From: Anaerolineae bacterium
GTDB lineage: Bacteria; Chloroflexota; Anaerolineae; Aggregatilineales; Phototrophicaceae
DNA: 50,152 bases
Assembly: GCA_034408915.1 (NCBI GenBank)
Contig: DAOUGG010000042.1
Location: 1-50,152 of the forward strand
Direction: 5' to 3'
Shown here: positions 1 through 7,228 of the stretch, piece after piece
Layout: each line of letters opens with the position of its first letter
Position numbering within the stretch: position 1 is the first letter of the stretch
Position numbers and translations under genes: made by a program
The notes under the pieces: model-generated
What the model saw: only the letters and a program-made list of their open reading frames with translations
Database searches by the model: none
What the model was told of the DNA's origin: nothing

Positions 1-102
1 GCGTAACATTTTGCGTCGAGCCGGGTGGGACACACCCGTGCCGGATAACGTAGCCCCGCTGCTGGCCGCCTCGCGCGGCCAGCAAGGGCAAGCGTCCGTC
101 AG

Positions 103-126
103 AAGCCCCCGCCTTTAGGCGTGGGG
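103..126. repeat. 24-nt hairpin-forming element AAGCCCCCGCCTTTAGGCGTGGGG, copy 1 (inverted copy at 50060-50083)
   Basis: Exact reverse-complement match between the two window edges. Each copy is adjacent to a second strong GC hairpin (61-83 and 50095-50110). Confidence 0.5.
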
Positions 127-130
127 AGTG

Positions 131-1633
131 TCACAAGTATTCGGGCCTTGTTTTATGTGTTCGAACCAGCCCGCCGCGCCGGGCGCGTACGGCAAGGGCC
201 AGCACAACGAGCGCGTGCGCCGAGAACAGGAACAGCAGCGGGTCGGACGGTACGCGGTAGCGCGTCGAGGGATGGAAAAGCACGTACATGACCGTCATGC
301 TGAGCTGCAGGAACCATAAAAGCGACACATCGCGCCAGCGCCGGAGCGACAGCACGCTGCCCGCCAGCGCCAGCAGGAGCAGGCCGCCGAAATAAAAGCG
401 ATGCACGATACGGCCAATGCGATCGAACAACGGCTCGCCGTAAACCGCTACCGGATCGCCCTGCGGTAGCCCGCCCAGCGCCAGCTCTCCCGAAGGATCG
501 CTCTCCACAATCACATCGCCTTGATAGTCCAGCCGCGGCAACTGTCCTTCGACCGGGTTGCGTCGCGGGAAGATGTCGATGCTCCAGTGCGCGGCGAACT
601 TGACCCACATGAGTTCCGGAATGGCTTCCGGGTGTTCTCGCCAGTAGTCCAGCGCGAGTTGCGCGCGTTCCCGGTCGCCCTCCGGGCTGTAGGGATCATT
701 TTCAAGCTCGCCGGGGCCGATCCACTGCGGATCGTAACCGGCGCGCATGTATGGCACGACATCCGGGTTATTGCCCTGAAACAGATTCGCGCCCGACGTG
801 ATCGTCATTGGCACCAGTTGGTTGTAGACCCGGTAGTTGCGCGCCATCCATGGCGTCACCACCAGCACGCCGGCCACAGCTACCGGCGTCAGCCGCAAGA
901 CGGTCTGCGCCGGGCTGAGCCGGAATAAAAACCAGACGGCCACCAGAACGGCAAACAGCGGCAGAATCGACCGCACGAGCATCGCCAGCCCGAAGACGAC
1001 GCCCGCCAGCAGCGCCAGCGTCCATGTCCCGCGATCGAGACGCGGACGCCCGCTCAAGAGCACGACCGCCAGAACGAACAGATGCAGCAGCGCCATAAAC
1101 AGCGGCGTGTCGATCAGCGTCAGGTTTTGAAAAATGAGATAGGGATAGCAGGCGTAAAACAGGCCGCCCAGCGCCCCGACGATTGCGCCGCGCGGGAACA
1201 GCCGCCGGGCGATGTGAAACAGGGCCGTAATGCCGACCAGGTCCAGCGCGATATGAAACAGCCCGACCTGCAGATAGCCGCGCCCCACCAGCGCGTACAG
1301 GCCCGCCAGCGCGTAGGCGTACAACGGCTGAATCGCGGCGTCCGGCACGCCCGGTTCGCGTCCAAAGACACCGGTCGCCAGCAGATTCTGCGCGTAGGTA
1401 TCGTAGGCTTCTGATCCGTGTATCTGGCCGGTCTGCTCGAACGCAAAAACCTGCGGCAGAGCCAGCAGGGCCGTCAGGCGCAATGCGGCAGCCAGGATTA
1501 GAATGGCGGGCAAAAGCAGAGCGCGCCGGGAACCGGCGTCTGGCAATCTGAGCATGCATGTTATTGTAAGGGAAGGTCGTCCGGGTGACGAGATGCGAGT
1601 TGCGCCGGACGATACGAACCCTGCGGTTGCCAT
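131..1633 (-). CDS. GT-C fold membrane glycosyltransferase (family 39 / ArnT-PMT-like, dolichyl-phosphate-mannose-type). True start may be internal, e.g. near 1555.
   Basis: 500-aa ORF with 10+ predicted hydrophobic TM segments and an N-terminal loop typical of ArnT/PMT-type GT-C enzymes. Strong GC3 codon bias. The stop at 131-133 is followed by a hairpin. Confidence 0.55.
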   Translation of the reverse strand: MATAGFVSSGATRISSPGRPSLTITCMLRLPDAGSRRALLLPAILILAAALRLTALLALPQVFAFEQTGQIHGSEAYDTYAQNLLATGVFGREPGVPDAAIQPLYAYALAGLYALVGRGYLQVGLFHIALDLVGITALFHIARRLFPRGAIVGALGGLFYACYPYLIFQNLTLIDTPLFMALLHLFVLAVVLLSGRPRLDRGTWTLALLAGVVFGLAMLVRSILPLFAVLVAVWFLFRLSPAQTVLRLTPVAVAGVLVVTPWMARNYRVYNQLVPMTITSGANLFQGNNPDVVPYMRAGYDPQWIGPGELENDPYSPEGDRERAQLALDYWREHPEAIPELMWVKFAAHWSIDIFPRRNPVEGQLPRLDYQGDVIVESDPSGELALGGLPQGDPVAVYGEPLFDRIGRIVHRFYFGGLLLLALAGSVLSLRRWRDVSLLWFLQLSMTVMYVLFHPSTRYRVPSDPLLFLFSAHALVVLALAVRARRGGLVRTHKTRPEYL

Positions 1634-1702
1634 GCGCTTGCCCCGGCGCGACGGAAGTCATGCTGGAACAGGACGCGCCAATCGGGGTATGATAGCCACA
1701 CG

Positions 1703-3085
1703 ATGAAGCGCATTACTCTTGTCACGATTCTTCTGGGGCTATGGTTCACGTTTGTTCTACTGGCGTGTAACCTGACCTCTCCGGCCCCGCCAACGCTGGT
1801 TCCGCGTGCGACCGCGACGCCGCCGCCGACCATCGGCTACGCGACGCTCAGCCCGGAAGAACTGCCCGATGAACTGACCACGCCGCTGCCGCCCAGCAGC
1901 AGCGCGATGCTCCTGAACCTGATGAATCAGGTCAGCACCGACCGTCTGATGGCGCACATTCAGACGTTGCAGAATTTCGGCACGCGCCACGTGAATTCCA
2001 GTTACACCCTGCCCAACGCAGGTATCGGCGCGGCGCGCAACTATATCGCCAACCAGTTCAAGGAAATCGAGGCCCAGTCGCAGGGTCGTCTGCGACTCAT
2101 TCCACACAGCTTTCCGCTTGAATGGCAGGGCGTCACCTCGACCGCCGAGAACGTGATTGGCTATCTGGCGGGCCGCGAAATCGGCGCGGGCGTCATCGTC
2201 ATTGGCGCACACTACGACACGATCAGCTTCGATATCGCCGATGGTAATGCCTATGCGCCCGGCGCCAATGACAACGGTTCAGGTGTAGCCGCCCTGCTCG
2301 AACTGGCGCGTGTCATGTCGTTGATGCCGCAGCCGCCGCGCTCGACCGTCCTGTTCGCCGCTTTTACGGCGGAAGAGATCGGGCGCGTGGGCAGCAAGAA
2401 CTTCGTACGCGATTACGTTCAGCCCAATAATCTGGATGTCTTCGCGATGATCAACCTCGACATCATCGGCAGCGGCATCGGCCCTGACGGTTCGGTACGT
2501 GACCGCGAGATTCGGGTGTATTCCGAAGGGCCGAACGAATCGCGCTCGCGACAACTGGCGCGCGCCATAAACCTGCTGACATTTAACTACATGCCGGATT
2601 TTGCGCTGCTGCTGCAAGACGCGATCGACCGTGAGGGACGCTACAGCGACCATTTCTCGTTCACCGAGGCGGGCTATCCGGCGATCCGCCTGATCGAGCC
2701 GCTGGAAAACACCTTCCGCCAGCATACGGCCAGCGATACCATCGATGGCGTCCAGGGCAGCTATTTGACGCGGGCGACACAGGCCGTGCTGGTCGCCGCA
2801 ACCACACTGGCCGATGGCCCCCGGCCGCCGCGCAACGTCGTATTGCGCGAGGCCGGCAATGGCATGCGCACGCTCGTCTGGGAACCCATGCCGGACGCGA
2901 CGAGTTATATCGTCGCGCTGCGCTATCCGGGGTCGCTACAGTATGACCAGTATTTCGAGACTGCGGATACCAGCATCACATCCGAGATTTTCACCGCCTC
3001 GCGTCTGGCGGGCATCGCCATTTCGGGACGCGATGCGAACGGGCTGCTGGGGCCGCTGTCGAGCGAATACTTTGTCACGAACTAA
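1703..3085 (+). CDS. M28 family Zn-peptidase (aminopeptidase-like) lipoprotein with C-terminal FN3-like domain
   Basis: Signal peptide with lipobox (LLAC). Motifs GAHYDT and GANDNGSGVAALLELAR are typical of M28 peptidases. Pro/Thr-rich linker after the signal. Confidence 0.8.
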   Translation: MKRITLVTILLGLWFTFVLLACNLTSPAPPTLVPRATATPPPTIGYATLSPEELPDELTTPLPPSSSAMLLNLMNQVSTDRLMAHIQTLQNFGTRHVNSSYTLPNAGIGAARNYIANQFKEIEAQSQGRLRLIPHSFPLEWQGVTSTAENVIGYLAGREIGAGVIVIGAHYDTISFDIADGNAYAPGANDNGSGVAALLELARVMSLMPQPPRSTVLFAAFTAEEIGRVGSKNFVRDYVQPNNLDVFAMINLDIIGSGIGPDGSVRDREIRVYSEGPNESRSRQLARAINLLTFNYMPDFALLLQDAIDREGRYSDHFSFTEAGYPAIRLIEPLENTFRQHTASDTIDGVQGSYLTRATQAVLVAATTLADGPRPPRNVVLREAGNGMRTLVWEPMPDATSYIVALRYPGSLQYDQYFETADTSITSEIFTASRLAGIAISGRDANGLLGPLSSEYFVTN

Positions 3086-3100
3086 CGGTTATATCGCGCC

Positions 3101-3415
3101 ATGGCCGACCCAATCGAACCGATCCCACCCGAACGCGCGCGCGCGCTTCTCGAAAACGCCATGCGAGAGCGGCTGGGCGATGACTGGCAAGACCCTGAAA
3201 GCGGCTGGCGCATGGTCACCGGGCACGACTATATGGCGCGCGTGACGAAAGGGCGCGTCAATGTCGATTTCTATGTGGATCTGCTCGGCAACGTAACCGT
3301 CGAAACCTCCGAGATCAATCCCGTACAGGATAGCGGCCGCCTGATCGCCTGGATGTTGTTGCTGGTTTCGTTGGGTATCGCGATGATGGTCGCGCGCGTG
3401 CTTGGATGGCTCTAG
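3101..3415 (+). CDS. small hypothetical protein with C-terminal TM anchor
   Basis: 104-aa ORF with coding-like GC3 bias, an ATG start 16 nt after the previous stop and a C-terminal hydrophobic helix. Overlaps the next gene by 10 nt. Confidence 0.4.
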   Translation: MADPIEPIPPERARALLENAMRERLGDDWQDPESGWRMVTGHDYMARVTKGRVNVDFYVDLLGNVTVETSEINPVQDSGRLIAWMLLLVSLGIAMMVARVLGWL

Positions 3416-4971
3416 CTGCCCATTTCGCCTCCCAGTCCGGCCGCCGGTCGCGCCGGTGGCTGCTGCTCATTCTGCTGCTGACGACCATTCTGGCGCTGCC
3501 AACGCTGACATATCCACTGGGCCGCGATCAGGGCGAATTTGCCACTATCGGGCGCGGCATTCTGAATGGTCGCGTTCCCTATGTCGAGCTATGGAATCCC
3601 AAACCGCCGGCCGTCTTTTATGTCTACGCGGCCGCCATGGCCATCCTCGGCCAGACCACCGAGGCGCTGAGAGCGATTGATATTGTCTTTGTACCCGTCA
3701 TCAGCGCCGCGCTCTACGGAATCGGGTCGCGGCTGGCAGGACGACGCACCGGCCTCTGGGCCGCCCTGCTGCTGCCTGTTTTCTACTTCACCGAAACCTT
3801 TTGGACGCTGACCCAGAACGACGGTATCGCGCTGCTGCCGATGGCGCTGGCCATGTATGCCATGGTGCGCGCCGCCGAAGGCGGGCAACGCGCCTGGTTG
3901 TGGGCGCTGGCAGGCGGCGCGCTGTGCGGCTGGGCGCTCTGGTTCAAGTACCCGTTTATCCTTTTCGCCGGCGCTGTTATCGTGAACTATCTGCTGTTAA
4001 GGCCGCGCGGCTCGCGTCTGTGGAAACCGCTGGCCGCGTTTCTCGGCGGCGGGCTGGCCACCGGCCTCGGCGGAGTCGGGCTAATGGCGGCGCAGGGCGC
4101 ATTAAACGCGCTGATCGAAAGCGCGCTGGTCACCTCGCAGTATACGGCACTGGGCTTCAACCTGAATGATCTTGGCGCGGCTCTGGGAACCTATCTCGGT
4201 TTTCGCTGGTCACACTGGGGCGCGCTGTTCCTGCTGGCTCTGGCATGGCCGGTTGTCTGGTTGGCTTCCGGGCTGCCAGCGCGCAGGCGATTGTGGGCCG
4301 GTGTGTGGATCTGGCTGCTGGCCGGGTTGGCGATCATGCTGGTGCAGGCGAAAGGCTATGATTATCACTGGCTGCCGATGTTGCCCCCGCTGGCGCTGCT
4401 CGGCGCGGGGACGCTGGAACGCCTGCTGCACTTCGTCGCGCGTGGCCGCCCGGCCTACCCGTTACGCGCGCTGGCGGCGGGCGCATTGCTGGCAACGCTG
4501 GCAGGCGGCGTCTGGCCAAAGACATTGCCCTATCTGAGCGGTCAGGAAGACCGCGTGGCGTATTACAGCCGTTTCCAGGCGGGCGAATTTGTGGCCGACG
4601 AATCGCTGCTGGTGTCTCAGTATTTACAGGAACGTGTAGCGCCGGGCGATTCGCTCTTTATCTGGGGCTTTCGGCCAGAAGTCTACTACATGAGCCGCCT
4701 GAACCCGGCGACCCGCTTCATCTTCCAGTTTCCACTGGTGGGAACGTGGTATCCGCAGGCGTGGCGAGAGGAAACCGTTGAAGTATTATGGGCAGCCATG
4801 CCACCCTATACACTCGTTCTGCAGGTAGACTATATGCCATGGGTGACCGGGCGACACGAAGACTCGAACGAGTTGCTTCAGGAATACACGGAATTGAATA
4901 ACTGGCTCATTGCTAATTACGTGCGTGAAACGCAGATCGGCAACTTCTTTGTATGGCGACGAAAATCATGA
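3406..4971 (+). CDS. GT-C fold membrane glycosyltransferase (ArnT/PMT-like family 39/83-type)
   Basis: 521 aa, about 12 TM helices, with an N-terminal periplasmic-loop signature (RDQGEFATIGRGILNG...). A large C-terminal soluble domain is typical of GT39/GT83 enzymes. Confidence 0.55.
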   Translation: MALAAHFASQSGRRSRRWLLLILLLTTILALPTLTYPLGRDQGEFATIGRGILNGRVPYVELWNPKPPAVFYVYAAAMAILGQTTEALRAIDIVFVPVISAALYGIGSRLAGRRTGLWAALLLPVFYFTETFWTLTQNDGIALLPMALAMYAMVRAAEGGQRAWLWALAGGALCGWALWFKYPFILFAGAVIVNYLLLRPRGSRLWKPLAAFLGGGLATGLGGVGLMAAQGALNALIESALVTSQYTALGFNLNDLGAALGTYLGFRWSHWGALFLLALAWPVVWLASGLPARRRLWAGVWIWLLAGLAIMLVQAKGYDYHWLPMLPPLALLGAGTLERLLHFVARGRPAYPLRALAAGALLATLAGGVWPKTLPYLSGQEDRVAYYSRFQAGEFVADESLLVSQYLQERVAPGDSLFIWGFRPEVYYMSRLNPATRFIFQFPLVGTWYPQAWREETVEVLWAAMPPYTLVLQVDYMPWVTGRHEDSNELLQEYTELNNWLIANYVRETQIGNFFVWRRKS

Positions 4972-5384
4972 CCAACGTGACGGTGCGACCGGCCACTCCA
5001 GAGGATATTCCGGCAAGCGCCGAATTGATCCGACTGTACGTCGAACAGGGCAAACTCTTACCGCGCACGCTCGAAGAATTCGACGAACTGCTGCCGACGA
5101 TGTTCGTCGCCGAACTGGACGGGCGTGTGGTCGGCTGCGCCGCGCTCGAAATTTATTCCCGCAAGCTGGCGGAAATCCGTAGTCTGGCCGTCGCGCCGGA
5201 CGTTCAGGGGCTGGGGGTAGGCAAGCAGCTTGTGCAGGCGTGCGTCAACCTCGCCAGAGAAAAGAACGTGCTGGAAGTGATGGCGATTACGTCGTCGGAT
5301 GCCTTTTTCATGGCCTGCGGGTTCAACTATACCCTGCCGGGGGAGAAGAAGGCGTTGTTCATCCAGACGCGCGATGAGGCATAG
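4968..5384 (+). CDS. GNAT family N-acetyltransferase, short ArgA-like (amino-acid N-acetyltransferase-like)
   Basis: Acetyl-CoA binding motif (RSLAVAPDVQGLGVGKQLV). Overall similarity to short N-acetylglutamate synthase-like GNATs. An ATGA start/stop overlap couples it to the upstream glycosyltransferase gene. An alternative ATG at 4953 is also possible. Confidence 0.7.
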   Translation: MTNVTVRPATPEDIPASAELIRLYVEQGKLLPRTLEEFDELLPTMFVAELDGRVVGCAALEIYSRKLAEIRSLAVAPDVQGLGVGKQLVQACVNLAREKNVLEVMAITSSDAFFMACGFNYTLPGEKKALFIQTRDEA

Positions 5385-5435
5385 CGAACATCGCAGCGCC
5401 GGCTCGTTTCATCGTGAAAACAAAATATGAAAACA

Positions 5436-5463
5436 AAAACCCTCTCCGGGAGAGGGTTTTTGT
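5436..5463. terminator. rho-independent terminator, apparently bidirectional (between the convergent GNAT and FHA genes)
   Basis: Sequence aaaaaCCCTCTCCgggaGAGGGttttt: an 8-bp GC stem with an A-tract upstream and a T-tract downstream. Confidence 0.7.
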
Positions 5464-5489
5464 TACTGATCGACCCTTGAAGGCGAAAA

Positions 5490-6212
5490 TCAGCAGGCGT
5501 TCTGCGCGTAGCCGAAGGCCTGAATGATCTGATAGATGATGGGGAGGCGATCCCACAGACACAGCGTATCGACCATGAACGCGCCAACCAGCGAACCGCA
5601 GCAGCAGAACAGCGACAGCCCCGCGCAGCCGATGAGAATCAGGCGTGTGTTGTTGCGCGGTTCTTCCTCACGGATTTCATACGGATCATAATCGTAGCCA
5701 GTTCCGGGAGGAGCCTGTGGCACGACCGGAGGCGCGCTATAGGCGCTTTGCACCGGCTGTTCGTAGCCGCCGCCATAGGGTGTTGCCGGCGCTCCGCTGC
5801 CGGGCGCATAGGGTGAAGGTTGCGGCTGCGGGCGAGACACGGCGCTGGACGGCGCGGTCATCGGCATATCGCCGCCGGGCGCATAGCCCGCCTGCATGCC
5901 ATTGCCTGCCTGATACCCCAGCGTGACCGTCTCACCCAGACCGATCATGTCCCCCACGCGAAGAGGACGCGCGCCGGTCAGTCGCTGGCCGTTGACAAAG
6001 GTGCCATTGGTCGAGCCGAGATCTTCGATCGTGTAACCACCCGCACCGCGTGTCAGGCGCATGTGATGCCGGCTGACTTCCGGGTCGTTGATGGTGATGT
6101 CGTTCGTGATGTCGCGGCCCAGAGTGATGATATCTTTGTTAAGCTCGTAAACCTGATTGGGCTGCGGGCCACGGCGGACGACCAGCCGGAAGCTGTCGTT
6201 GCCCTGCATCAT
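5490..6212 (-). CDS. FHA domain-containing membrane protein
   Basis: The N-terminal FHA signature (ITLGRD...NDITINDPEVSRHHMRL...STNGTFVNGQRL) is followed by a Pro/Gly/Tyr-rich linker. One C-terminal TM helix is followed by a Cys-rich tail. Confidence 0.75.
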   Translation of the reverse strand: MMQGNDSFRLVVRRGPQPNQVYELNKDIITLGRDITNDITINDPEVSRHHMRLTRGAGGYTIEDLGSTNGTFVNGQRLTGARPLRVGDMIGLGETVTLGYQAGNGMQAGYAPGGDMPMTAPSSAVSRPQPQPSPYAPGSGAPATPYGGGYEQPVQSAYSAPPVVPQAPPGTGYDYDPYEIREEEPRNNTRLILIGCAGLSLFCCCGSLVGAFMVDTLCLWDRLPIIYQIIQAFGYAQNAC

Positions 6213-6432
6213 AAGTGCTCCTCCTCAAGGCGGGTGGTGACGCGCTCCAATTGAGCAAGTGGAAGTATACGAAGATTGTTTTTGCCTGTCAAATGTGCGG
6301 AAACGGCTTAATTTAATGGCAACGTTAACATATCGGACACATGCCGCTATCGCGCTTGAAACCGGCAGTTAATGTTATTGAAGTCATCGCTTACCCGCCT
6401 ATGTAAGCGCCCCCAACAGCACTCAGTTGCGC

Positions 6433-6462
6433 TTGACAAGCGGACTCCTTTTCAATTATGCT
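6433..6462 (+). promoter_or_regulatory. putative sigma70-type promoter (TTGACA-N18-TATGCT) for the 6559 gene
   Basis: Near-consensus -35 TTGACA at 6433-6438 and a -10-like TATGCT at 6457-6462, inside a locally AT-rich island (6240-6540). Confidence 0.35.
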
Positions 6463-6558
6463 GACAGCTAACTAACACGCGTTTGTAACCAGAGCGACCG
6501 CCGTCGATGGTGTGGGTGCGCTCTTAAAACCTGAGTTGTGGTTGGAGATACCAGTGCC

Positions 6559-6987
6559 ATGAACCTTGAATTTGGGGTCATGCCAAAGCGCATCTGGATC
6601 GAGTCTCAGGACTGTGATCCCGATGCCAGCGATGTCATTGTGGAGATGGAAGACGGCAGTTTTTATACGGCGCTCTTTGTGACACTCCCCTACCTGCGCC
6701 GCCAGATGGAACTCAGCTTCGAAGTTAGCAAACAACTCCCAGATACCCCGGCCATCCGCTACGCCGTCATGGAAACCCCTCATATCCTCGTCGAAAACCT
6801 CTGCCGCGACACAATCGAGGATACAATCGACAACCTCCTCGCACTCGACACCTTCGAGACGGTCTTCACGCGCGTCATCGACGACTCGATGGACGAGAAT
6901 GACAGCGAGGCCCGCACTCGCACGGCGGAAGTCGCCGCTGTCGTCCTCACCGAAGTCCTCCGGGCTGAAGAAAACACCGTCGCCTGA
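6559..6987 (+). CDS. hypothetical acidic cytoplasmic protein
   Basis: ATG preceded by GGAGAT at a 9-nt spacing. Strong C/G third-position bias on this strand and not on the antisense ORF. I recognise no domain. Confidence 0.5.
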   Translation: MNLEFGVMPKRIWIESQDCDPDASDVIVEMEDGSFYTALFVTLPYLRRQMELSFEVSKQLPDTPAIRYAVMETPHILVENLCRDTIEDTIDNLLALDTFETVFTRVIDDSMDENDSEARTRTAEVAAVVLTEVLRAEENTVA

Positions 6988-7044
6988 TGGCGACGACGTG
7001 ACTTCAAACACTCCGAACCAAATCTGACATTCACAGGCAGGCCC

Positions 7045-7120
7045 GCCCGCTCTGTTGTTTCGCATGGGTGACAACCAGAGCGGGCAAGGGCCGACCGCTT
7101 GCCGGCAGCGGGCCGTCGTT
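7045..7120 (+). terminator. tandem hairpins (14-bp bulged stem at 7045-7085; second hairpin followed by a T-rich run) likely terminating the 6559 gene
   Basis: GCCCGCTCTGTTGT...ACAACCAGAGCGGGC inverted repeat. Then CCGCTTGCCGGCAGCGG followed by GCCGTCGTTTGTT. Confidence 0.4.
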
Positions 7121-7129
7121 TGTTATAAT
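7121..7129 (+). promoter_or_regulatory. extended -10 promoter element TGtTATAAT upstream of thrS
   Basis: Exact TGnTATAAT match about 100 nt upstream of the thrS ATG. It leaves a roughly 93-nt GC-rich structured leader. Confidence 0.45.
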
Positions 7130-7228
7130 GACGCTCGCTCCTGCCCCGGCTGTTTTATATTTACGACGCCTGAACGCCGTCGCGCCGAGCCGCGCGGGCG
7201 CTTTGCCTGTATCAACCCGAGGTAAACC

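Noticed and set aside
153-1661. Multiple long alternative-frame ORFs (153-608, 768-1661, 837-1130 and others) inside the glycosyltransferase gene
   Set aside because: Arg/Ala/Gly-rich translations typical of off-frame reading in high-GC DNA. The TM-rich frame is the coherent one.
6472-7074. 200-aa minus-strand ORF antisense to the 6559-6987 gene
   Set aside because: C/G third-position bias and a plausible SD plus ATG are on the plus-strand frame. The minus-strand ORF is the usual high-GC antisense artefact.
7040-7228. T-box riboswitch upstream of thrS
   Set aside because: I found no T-box consensus (AATTAGGGTGGNACCGCG-like) and no specifier-loop architecture. Only generic hairpins and a promoter.
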